This document shows positions 16,745 to 24,608 of a stretch of 32,000 nt of DNA, one piece after another. Every line of letters starts with the position of its first letter. Position 1 is the stretch's first letter. Below the pieces are notes generated by a model. It saw nothing but the letters and a program-made list of their open reading frames with translations. It searched no databases and had not been told where the DNA came from. Source of the stretch: Candidatus Saccharimonadota bacterium (GTDB taxonomy: Bacteria > Patescibacteriota > Gracilibacteria > UBA1369 > 2-02-FULL-48-14); the NCBI GenBank assembly GCA_016699145.1, contig CP064962.1, forward strand, positions 930,001-962,000. Direction: 5' to 3'. The translations under genes were made by a program, and so were the position numbers.

Positions 16745-17815
16745 ATGACCATTATTGTATCAAAAGCAGGGAAAAACGCTCAAAAAATACAACAGTCGAA
16801 TTTTGATAGAGAGGACCACCTGCAACGCTATATTTACGAGAACCCAAGCTCAATTCCGCTCTATGACATCAAGGAAGATATTCAGCTACTAATCCTCATC
16901 CGTGAGTACCCAACCAACAGCGGTCCTATCGACGCTCTTGGGGTCGATGCAGAGGGGAACATTTACTTGGTTGAGACTAAACTCTATAAAAATGCAGACA
17001 AAAGAACCGTGGTTGCTCAGGTTTTAGATTACGGAGCATCGCTTTGGAAGAATGGGAATAATTTGCCTGAATTTATCGCTGAAATAGATCGTGCGAGTCA
17101 GAGATTCTTTGGTATGCCAGTCGACACAAAACTGAGAGAATTCTTTGGTTTCGAAGAAGAGGACGTGTCCATTTTCTGGAACAATGTGAAGGACAATTTG
17201 AACGAAGGAAACTTCAAGTTTGTAGTCCTCATGGATCAACTCCACCAAAGGCTCAAAGACTTGATTGTTTTTTTAAACCAGAACAGCCAGTTCGACGTTT
17301 ATGCCGTTGAGTTGGAATATTACAAGCACGATTCTTTTGAGATCATTATCCCGAGATTATTTGGTGCGGAAGTTAAAAAAGACATTGCGGTAAAGGGTAC
17401 AAATACACCTAGGAAAAATTGGGATATACATGGGCTTATGGATGATGCCAAAAAAAGACTGAGCAAGGCAGAGTTTGAATGCTTCACGAAACTCTATGAA
17501 TTTCTGAGAAATAACGCGGAAGAACTAGACATAGGAACAGGGGCGAAAGTAGCCTCGCTCAAGCCAAGGTTCTCCACCGTTTGTCCTCGAGCATTCTTCA
17601 CCGCATCATCCGACGGCAAAGCAGTTTTCTACTTCAACTATCTGAACGACGAAGCTCAAAAGAAAAAGCTGTACGAAGCCCTGAAATTGCAAAAAGTATC
17701 ATCTGTCGACAGGGTCGATCCCAATAACTTTTCAGACCTTTACCTGAAGACTGACGAGGTAGTTGCGAACTGTGATCAGATCATAAAAGCACTCCAAGGT
17801 TTCATAAAGGGCTAG
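16745..17815 (+). CDS. NucS/DUF91-like PD-(D/E)xK nuclease-domain protein (nuclease fold N-terminal, unknown C-terminal half)
   Basis: The start is taken at ATG 16745 because the track's upstream extension overlaps the terminator. The core motif is GPIDALGVDAEGNIYLVETKLYKN...VVAQVLDYG (D...E-x-K then Q..DY). Confidence 0.6.
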   Translation: MTIIVSKAGKNAQKIQQSNFDREDHLQRYIYENPSSIPLYDIKEDIQLLILIREYPTNSGPIDALGVDAEGNIYLVETKLYKNADKRTVVAQVLDYGASLWKNGNNLPEFIAEIDRASQRFFGMPVDTKLREFFGFEEEDVSIFWNNVKDNLNEGNFKFVVLMDQLHQRLKDLIVFLNQNSQFDVYAVELEYYKHDSFEIIIPRLFGAEVKKDIAVKGTNTPRKNWDIHGLMDDAKKRLSKAEFECFTKLYEFLRNNAEELDIGTGAKVASLKPRFSTVCPRAFFTASSDGKAVFYFNYLNDEAQKKKLYEALKLQKVSSVDRVDPNNFSDLYLKTDEVVANCDQIIKALQGFIKG

Positions 17816-19329
17816 ATGTGTTTCATCAGCTCGTCCTTTAGCACCAACATCGCAACGCAATCATCCTCGTTATAATCGAGGATGCGTTGCATCTTGTCTG
17901 GAACCTGATCTTTACACCACTCGTTGAACCATTGAATGGAAGCAGCTCCAGAGGGATTGGAGTCTCTCCACTTGAATCCTAAGAATTGAGCTAGTGTTTT
18001 GACGGAGTAGTTATAAGTAGGCCACTCGGTGTATTTTTTTACATATTCGTAGAGGTCTATAGAGGCTTCGTTGTCAAAAAAATGTTCCAACTCCTCCTCA
18101 GAAACAACACTCGGGTGTTTTTCTCTTAAAGCTCTAAACTGTGTACGTTCATATTTACTGTAGTAGTAAACGGAAAATGCATCAGGGAGAGATCGGATAT
18201 AATTCCAAAACTCTTCCCAAGCCAAACGTTCGTCAGCCTTACTGACACCTTTAGACAAGAAGGCATGGAATTGTGTCTTTTCAGGATCGTTCATTCGTCG
18301 TTCAACGACTCCATGTAGATAAACCACATCTTGAGTAGGGTCTGTTTCGATATCGAAGTACAGCTCGATAGGCCTTTCAGGCAAAGTGAAAGCCTCAAGG
18401 ATTTGGACTTCTTTCACATCATCAGCAATGAGCTTTGCCCTTCTATTGAACTTTTCCAAAGTTGCTTTGCCAACACCAGGAATGTCTACTTTGCCCTTGG
18501 CATCGATGTAGTCTGCAGGGTCTAAATCAGCGAGTTTACGGACAGTAGTGGCAATACTTTCTAGAGCATCTTGCTTCGCTCGTCCAAGCTCAGGGATCAG
18601 GGAGAGGTAGTCGTCCTCGATGCAAGTTTTTTTGCAGTCCGTGTACCAAACACAGAGCTTACAAATACTTCCAAGAGCAGCTTTGGTATGGATAGCATTT
18701 TTTAAAATATTTCCGACGTACATCAGAGCTTCTTCATAAAATTCCCACCAAGTTTCTTTGGCTTTAACTCCCTTCGGCTGATCTAGAGCGTAGTCAACGA
18801 GTTGTCCCGTGCTATCATAGATTTTTCCGAGGTAGTGAGTGGCAAATCCAAGCCTTCTTAGCGCATCCGTATATAGAGCAAGTTGAAGGGCATAGTGCTT
18901 CTTAAGTTTGCCTTCTTCAAAATCATCACCTCCCGCAACTCCCATCCCAGACTTGATGTCGATAGCCACATATTCTCCTGAAGGCTGTAGCTCCAATAAG
19001 TCAGGCTCTCCCAAAAGGTCGTCAACTTCAAGACGGCCATGATAAATGAGAGGTACTTTATTTTCGATGGCGTTCAGAGTGGCTTGAGCACGTTCTTCCT
19101 TCGGTACTACAGAGAGATCCAAAATAATACGATCCCCTTTCATCCCTTCCAGAACTTGCTTCTCATATTGAGTCCCTTTTTCCCAAAGGAGCTGAACAAA
19201 CTCATTCGGATCGTCCCTCAGGTTTGGATTATCGTGGGCATCTCGCCATACTCGATGAGGGCAGGCATTGTAGTTGTAGAGGTGGGAAGCGGTGATTTTC
19301 ATTGAGTTGAGCTTAGCAAAAAAGGTCAT
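17812..19329 (-). CDS. TM0106-family RecB/Cas4-like nuclease with C-terminal RNase H/DEDD-like exonuclease domain
   Basis: N-terminal Cys (NYNACPHRVW). PD-(D/E)xK core (GEPDLL...YVAIDIKSG). QxxxY motif (YALQLALY). Cys cluster CKLCVWYTDCKKTC, giving a Cas4-type 1+3 Cys Fe-S pattern. The C-terminal half has ELYFDIETDP and YNEDDCVAM. Confidence 0.75.
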   Translation of the reverse strand: MTFFAKLNSMKITASHLYNYNACPHRVWRDAHDNPNLRDDPNEFVQLLWEKGTQYEKQVLEGMKGDRIILDLSVVPKEERAQATLNAIENKVPLIYHGRLEVDDLLGEPDLLELQPSGEYVAIDIKSGMGVAGGDDFEEGKLKKHYALQLALYTDALRRLGFATHYLGKIYDSTGQLVDYALDQPKGVKAKETWWEFYEEALMYVGNILKNAIHTKAALGSICKLCVWYTDCKKTCIEDDYLSLIPELGRAKQDALESIATTVRKLADLDPADYIDAKGKVDIPGVGKATLEKFNRRAKLIADDVKEVQILEAFTLPERPIELYFDIETDPTQDVVYLHGVVERRMNDPEKTQFHAFLSKGVSKADERLAWEEFWNYIRSLPDAFSVYYYSKYERTQFRALREKHPSVVSEEELEHFFDNEASIDLYEYVKKYTEWPTYNYSVKTLAQFLGFKWRDSNPSGAASIQWFNEWCKDQVPDKMQRILDYNEDDCVAMLVLKDELMKHI

Positions 19330-19353
19330 TGTTGTGTAGCAAGACTTGATGCG

Positions 19354-19383
19354 CTTTAAATTTCAGATGATTTGATCTAAAGT
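19354..19383 (+). promoter_or_regulatory. Candidate promoter (-35 TTTAAA, 17 nt, -10 TAAAGT) overlapped by an imperfect inverted repeat (CTTTAAAT-n13-ATCTAAAG)
   Basis: Read directly in the 75-nt divergent region between the TM0106-like nuclease and the methyltransferase gene. The repeat arms coincide with the -35 and -10 hexamers (7 of 8 positions pair). Confidence 0.3.
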
Positions 19384-19404
19384 ACAGGAGCAAATTAAAC
19401 CAAC

Positions 19405-22400
19405 ATGGCTGACTCAAATAAAATAATCCACGAGTATCTTGTTGAGATACAAAAAATACTCCAGTCTGGGGATGCGCGTGAGCATGCTTATAGGCCAGCT
19501 TTTCAAAGGTTGATTCAAGGACTGAAGCCAGAGATTCAAGTGATTAATGAGCCAGCCTACACGGGAGGTAACGCTCCCGATTTTTTATTCAAGAGCGGAG
19601 CAACGCCAGTAGCCTATGCCGAGTGTAAGGATGTAACGGTTGATATCACCAACTCAGAAGTTCAGAAACAGGCAAACCGATACGTTGAAGCATTCGGAAG
19701 AATTTTGCTTACGAATTATTTTAATTTCCAAATTTTGAGTGAGGAAGGTGAAGTGGTTGCGATTTCCATTGCAGATAAAAGTGGAGATCAAATCATTGCC
19801 AGACAGTCGGAATTTGAGCGTTTTGCAAATATCATTCAGGACTACATCACTCCGTTTCATCGCACGATTAGGTCTGCAAGGAAACTGGCAGAAATCATGG
19901 CGAGCAAGGCACGAATTTTGAGAGATAATGCACTGGCTTCTCTGACTGAAAATCCTGATTCGGACATTTACGCACAGTACAAAACTTTTAAAGAAGTGCT
20001 GATTAGAGAACTCTCCGAACAAGAGTTTGCAGACATGTATGCACAGACTTTGGTTTATGGCTTATTCGTAGCTCGCTACTACGATTCGACGATCAAAACC
20101 TTTTCGAGGCATGAGGCTCAAGACCTATTGCCAGCCTCAAACCCTTTATTGAAAAAATTCTTCGGACACGTAGCAGGTACAGATTATGACCCAAAAATAG
20201 CATGGTTGGTAGACAGCCTAGTCGAAGCATATCTGAGCACAAATGTGTATGAACTGATGCATAAGGAATTCGCTACGAAGCAAAAAGATCCCGTCCTTCA
20301 TTTTTACGAAACATTCCTGGCTGAATACGACAAAGGGCTGCGTAAAAATCGAGGGGTCTATTACACCCCAGAGCCTGTCGTTTCGTTCATTGTGAGATCC
20401 GTTGATGAAATCTTGAAAACTAAATTCAACCTCCCAAAGGGCTTAGCGGACACGAGTACGATTGACCATCAAGAGAAGATTCAAGCCGAAGATGCTCGAA
20501 GAAAAGACGGGATCAAAAGAAAGAAAAACCAGATCCATAGGGTGCAAGTACTTGATCCTGCCGTTGGCACAGGAACCTTTTTGAATGAGGTCATCAATGT
20601 GATTTTTAAGTCTTTCAAAGGCCAAGAAGGTTTATGGTCGTCCTATGTTAGGGACCACCTGCTACCACGGATTCACGGCTTTGAATTGATGATGGCCAGC
20701 TACACTATGGCTCATTTAAAGTTAGGCGTAACGCTAAAAGAGCTGGGTTACAGTGGAGACGAAAGACTGTCAGTCTGGCTCACCAATAGCTTAGAAGAGT
20801 CCGTACATGAAGTGCCAAATTTATTTATGAGTCAATGGTTGACCGAGGAATCCCATGAAGCTTCACGAATTAAGTCGGAACTGCCAATCATGGTTGTGCT
20901 GGGAAATCCCCCATATTCTGTCAGTTCAGCAAATAAGGGAGTTAGCATTATGGATTTGATTTCGGTTTACAAAGAGAACTTAAATGAAAGAAATATTCAA
21001 TCACTATCAGATGACTACATCAAATTTATACGTTTCGCAGAACATCAAATTGAAAAGAGTGGATGTGGTGTAGTAGCAATGATTACAAATAATTCATTCA
21101 TTGATGGAGTGACTCATCGGCAGATGCGTAAACATTTGATGGAAACTTTTGATGAGATTTACATTCTAGACTTACATGGAAATGCAAAAAAGAAAGAAGT
21201 AGCACCTGATGGAGGTAAGGATGAGAATGTTTTTAACATTATGCAGGGTGTTTCAATCAATTTATTTATCAAGAATGGTGATTGCAAAGGAATGGCGAAT
21301 GTCTATCATTCAGAGTTATTCGGTAAGCAAAAGGAAAAATATGAAAAGCTAGACCAGTTTGATTTCGAAACAATTAAGTGGGAAAAGTTGAAAACAGTTG
21401 AGCCATATTATTTCTTTGTACCCAAGGATTTCTCTTCAGAACTTCTGTATAATCGTGGATTTAAAATTGATGAATTATTTGTGATGTCCTCAATGGGTAT
21501 TGCTACAGCAAGGGATTCTCAGTTAATTTGGCTCAACAGAAAAAGTGCGGAAAACTTGTTGGCTGATCTGAATGAATTAGATAAAGATGATTTTTTGATT
21601 AAGTATAATTTTCCCGGTGAAACGGAAGATTGGCGCTACTGTAATGCAAAGAGTGACATTGCAGATTCCAAAATAACGAAGATTGCATATAGACCATTTG
21701 ATGAAAGGTGGACTATCTATTCGGGAAATTCCAAGGGTGTTATGGCCCGTCCAAGGGGAGAAATAATGTCAAACCTTTTGCAAGGAAATATCGCTCTAAA
21801 TTTATGCAAACACATTCGAAAACAGTATGAACCAGTATTTGTTTCAAGGTATGTAACGGATAAGTCTTTACTCTCATCACTTGATAATTCGTATGCCTTC
21901 CCATTGTACCTTCAGCCTGATAGTGGTGATCGTATTCCAAATCTTGATCAAACAATTTGGGACAAAATCAATGAGACGGTTGATATAACCCAACCCGAAG
22001 ACATTCTTGACTATATTTATGCCGTTCTCCATTCTCAGGACTATCGTGAAAAATATAAAGAATTCTTAAAAATCGACTTCCCTCGTATCCCTTATCCAAA
22101 AGACAAAAAAATCTTCAAAAAACTTATGGAACTTGGCAGAAAACTCCGAGGCCTCCATTTGTTGGAAGATTCCAGTGTCAACGAATTCATGACGACCTTT
22201 CCAATTGGAGGTTCGAACATAGTTGAGAAAAAGTACCCGAAATATGATGACGGCAAGGTCTATATTAATGGCACTCAGTACTTCGGAAGTGTTCCCAAAG
22301 TGATGTGGGATTTCTATATTGGAGGCTATCAGCCTGCTCAAAAATGGCTTAAAGACCGTCAGGAACGTACCCTAAGTTCTGAAGACATTGAGCATTACCA

Positions 22401-22470
22401 AAAAATGATAGTTGCTCTCAAAGAGACAGTTGAATTGATGGAGAATATAGATAAGGTGGTTACTTTTTAA
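19405..22470 (+). CDS. Type IIG / type-ISP-like (YeeA/Eco57I/MmeI-like) enzyme: putative N-terminal PD-ExK nuclease, gamma-class N6-adenine methyltransferase, C-terminal specificity region
   Basis: Motif X is VYYTPEPVV. Motif I is VLDPAVGTGTFL (about 20548-20583). Motif IV is GNPPYS (NPPY at 20905-20916). Conserved strings LDLHGN...DENVFNI and DFPRIPYP are typical of this family's C-terminal part. A possible nuclease core is D59-x13-E73-C-K75 (PDFLF...AYAECKD, 19579-19629). Confidence 0.85.
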   Translation: MADSNKIIHEYLVEIQKILQSGDAREHAYRPAFQRLIQGLKPEIQVINEPAYTGGNAPDFLFKSGATPVAYAECKDVTVDITNSEVQKQANRYVEAFGRILLTNYFNFQILSEEGEVVAISIADKSGDQIIARQSEFERFANIIQDYITPFHRTIRSARKLAEIMASKARILRDNALASLTENPDSDIYAQYKTFKEVLIRELSEQEFADMYAQTLVYGLFVARYYDSTIKTFSRHEAQDLLPASNPLLKKFFGHVAGTDYDPKIAWLVDSLVEAYLSTNVYELMHKEFATKQKDPVLHFYETFLAEYDKGLRKNRGVYYTPEPVVSFIVRSVDEILKTKFNLPKGLADTSTIDHQEKIQAEDARRKDGIKRKKNQIHRVQVLDPAVGTGTFLNEVINVIFKSFKGQEGLWSSYVRDHLLPRIHGFELMMASYTMAHLKLGVTLKELGYSGDERLSVWLTNSLEESVHEVPNLFMSQWLTEESHEASRIKSELPIMVVLGNPPYSVSSANKGVSIMDLISVYKENLNERNIQSLSDDYIKFIRFAEHQIEKSGCGVVAMITNNSFIDGVTHRQMRKHLMETFDEIYILDLHGNAKKKEVAPDGGKDENVFNIMQGVSINLFIKNGDCKGMANVYHSELFGKQKEKYEKLDQFDFETIKWEKLKTVEPYYFFVPKDFSSELLYNRGFKIDELFVMSSMGIATARDSQLIWLNRKSAENLLADLNELDKDDFLIKYNFPGETEDWRYCNAKSDIADSKITKIAYRPFDERWTIYSGNSKGVMARPRGEIMSNLLQGNIALNLCKHIRKQYEPVFVSRYVTDKSLLSSLDNSYAFPLYLQPDSGDRIPNLDQTIWDKINETVDITQPEDILDYIYAVLHSQDYREKYKEFLKIDFPRIPYPKDKKIFKKLMELGRKLRGLHLLEDSSVNEFMTTFPIGGSNIVEKKYPKYDDGKVYINGTQYFGSVPKVMWDFYIGGYQPAQKWLKDRQERTLSSEDIEHYQKMIVALKETVELMENIDKVVTF

Positions 22471-22482
22471 CCGTGTTTTGGT

Positions 22483-23133
22483 ATGGAGTTGATCGGAAAA
22501 TTACTGAAAAACAGGTTCTTCTTATTTTTCATATTCATCGGAGTTTTCATCGCATCAAATTATTATTTTTCGAAAAGTTTTTTACCTAGTACGCAGACTG
22601 AAGATCTTTGGTTTTATTCGGGAATTTTTATGGTTCTCTTTTCAGTTTTATTTATTGAGCCATATTACTCGTCACCGAGAAATGTAATTACAAATGTCAT
22701 ACCATTGTTACTGGTTTTTCTTTCTGTAGAGAGCGACTTCGTCAATAGACCATTATGGTGGATAGCAGTTGTAGTGCTTTTACTAGCTCTCTCTATATCG
22801 CTCATTTCAATTGGACTTCAAGATGAGAATAAAAGTCCAGAACATATAAGGAATAGACTAGCAAATTTTTTAAAAAATTTAGCAGTCATCATTGGAAAGG
22901 GGAAGGTCATCTATTCGGCAGTATTTTTTCTTTTCTTATACGTAAATATAGATGCCGATGGGCTTAGTAAAATTTTCGCTGGGCAGTTCATGTTCTTACT
23001 TGTTTTATGGGGAACCATTATGGCCATAGATCCCAATGAGTTGACCAATACTTTTTCTATCAGAAAAAAAGTTAAGGATGCAGATGAGATCGGAGTTATT
23101 TTTGGCGTTCAGTCAAAAAAATGTTTTTGGTAA
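22483..23133 (+). CDS. Six-TM membrane protein; probably the N-terminal part of the downstream ATPase
   Basis: 216-aa ORF with about 6 hydrophobic helices, starting 12 nt after the methyltransferase stop. It ends in ...DEIGVIFGVQSKK, just past an A7 run (23115-21) that spans the KK codons and overlaps the ATPase start codon. Confidence 0.6.
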   Translation: MELIGKLLKNRFFLFFIFIGVFIASNYYFSKSFLPSTQTEDLWFYSGIFMVLFSVLFIEPYYSSPRNVITNVIPLLLVFLSVESDFVNRPLWWIAVVVLLLALSISLISIGLQDENKSPEHIRNRLANFLKNLAVIIGKGKVIYSAVFFLFLYVNIDADGLSKIFAGQFMFLLVLWGTIMAIDPNELTNTFSIRKKVKDADEIGVIFGVQSKKCFW

Positions 23134-24578
23134 GATTGCATGAAGATCGCAAATCCATAAAAAAGTTCGACCTAGTCAAATGCAAGTACTCGATGCAAGA
23201 TTCAAGTGAGTATGTTATGTCAGGGATTGTGTTTGACACTTATTTGCTGAACCAGGAAAAGTGGGCAAAAGTATTGCAGTTGGGAGAAATAGAAGAGAAG
23301 AGAAAGAAATCTGACAATAATATCGTTTATAAAATAACTAACGCCGAAGAGAAACAAGCTTTGATCGAAAAACTGAATATAGAGAATTTTGTAGGCGTCA
23401 TCATTGAGGGCTCAGAAATTGGACGAATACTATTCGAATACTCAAAGAAAAAAGATGACCTCCAAGAAGGCGATCTGCTTGAACTTAGAGTCGGCGATAA
23501 AAGACTATTTTATCAAGTTTTTGGTGGGTTAACTCAATCAGAAAATCTCGAGGGCAGAAATGAAACTGGATATATTAGAGGTGAAGCGATCCAATTGGGC
23601 GAATGGCAAGCATTTGACCTGTCTTTTCAGAAGTTTGGATGGGTGCCATCGATTAATACTCCTGTATTTAAAGCAGACACTTCGGATATAAATCCAATAG
23701 CACATAAATATCCCGATTTTAAGATCGGTGTAATACCAGGAACGTCACTGCCATCGGTCTTAGATCTTAATGAAGCCGTAAGTCACCATACGGCATTATT
23801 GGGAGTAACGGGGGCGGGTAAGTCTCACTTAGCGCGTAAAATTATTCGAGAGTTGTCTCAAGATACTAAAGTTATTTGTGTTGATTTTACTGGTGAATGG
23901 AAAACAAGCATGTCTAGTTTGAATCCAGTGGCGTTAATCGGTACGTCAGACCTGAGTCAACTTGAAGCAGATATCGCACAGAAAGAGACTGAGGCTAGCT
24001 CGAGAAATGCGGACAAAACGAAACTTTTAGAGTACAAAAAGAAGATCAATGAAAAACTTGGGGGCTATGTGAAAACGTTTATGGAGTCAAAAGATAAAAT
24101 TGCACTTTTTGAGCTCCCTGAACTGTCTAATACGATGTTCGTTTTGGAATTCACTCAGTTGTTTTTAGAAGCAGTCTTCTCTTATGCAAAACAAAATCGC
24201 GGACAGAAAATATGTATTGTGCTCGAAGAAGCTCACACGATAATACCAGAGACAAACTTCCTAGGAGATTTAGGCGATTATGGTAGTAGTAAAGCACTTG
24301 TAAGTAAGATGAGTCAGATTGCATTACAGGGAAGAAAGTATGGGGTTGGATTGCTTGTCATTGCACAACGAACAGCAAACGTTTCCAAAACAGTTTTGAC
24401 ACAGTGTAACACCGTCATTTGTTTTCAAGCTTTTGATGAAACAAGTTTCACATTTTTAGGAAACTATATCGGACAAAACTTGGTTAAGACACTTCCAAAC
24501 TTGAAACGATATCATGCCATCATTACAGGAAAAGCCGTAAGGTCAAATTTGCCCATGATCATTCAGCTTGAGGAATAG
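23121..24578 (+). CDS. DUF87/HerA-FtsK-type P-loop ATPase
   Basis: Walker A GVTGAGKS (23802-23825). Walker B ICIVLEEAH. GRKYGVGLLVIAQR and the VICFQ sensor-like strings are typical of HerA-like DUF87 ATPases. Confidence 0.8.
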   Translation: MFLVRLHEDRKSIKKFDLVKCKYSMQDSSEYVMSGIVFDTYLLNQEKWAKVLQLGEIEEKRKKSDNNIVYKITNAEEKQALIEKLNIENFVGVIIEGSEIGRILFEYSKKKDDLQEGDLLELRVGDKRLFYQVFGGLTQSENLEGRNETGYIRGEAIQLGEWQAFDLSFQKFGWVPSINTPVFKADTSDINPIAHKYPDFKIGVIPGTSLPSVLDLNEAVSHHTALLGVTGAGKSHLARKIIRELSQDTKVICVDFTGEWKTSMSSLNPVALIGTSDLSQLEADIAQKETEASSRNADKTKLLEYKKKINEKLGGYVKTFMESKDKIALFELPELSNTMFVLEFTQLFLEAVFSYAKQNRGQKICIVLEEAHTIIPETNFLGDLGDYGSSKALVSKMSQIALQGRKYGVGLLVIAQRTANVSKTVLTQCNTVICFQAFDETSFTFLGNYIGQNLVKTLPNLKRYHAIITGKAVRSNLPMIIQLEE

Positions 24579-24608
24579 GAGTATTCGCTCTAGCTATCAC
24601 GATCCATT

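Noticed and set aside
16530-16748. 72-aa ORF (GTG start) covering the TerL-to-nuclease intergenic segment
   Set aside because: It runs straight through four strong hairpins and the terminator, has a non-ATG start and odd composition, and resembles nothing I recognise. The RNA or DNA-structure reading explains the segment better.
20930-21550. AT-rich stretch inside the methyltransferase gene as evidence of a swapped target-recognition domain
   Set aside because: The stretch encodes family-conserved strings (LDLHGN, DENVFNI) rather than the variable specificity region. A TRD-swap explanation is therefore not supported.
23121-24578. HerA-like ATPase as a viral (membrane-containing phage) packaging ATPase or a conjugative ATPase
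   Set aside because: I considered this because FtsK/HerA-type ATPases package DNA in PRD1-like viruses. There is no double-jelly-roll capsid gene or conjugation gene nearby, and a separate TerS/TerL pair already exists. It is not excluded and is listed as a refutation route for the main finding.
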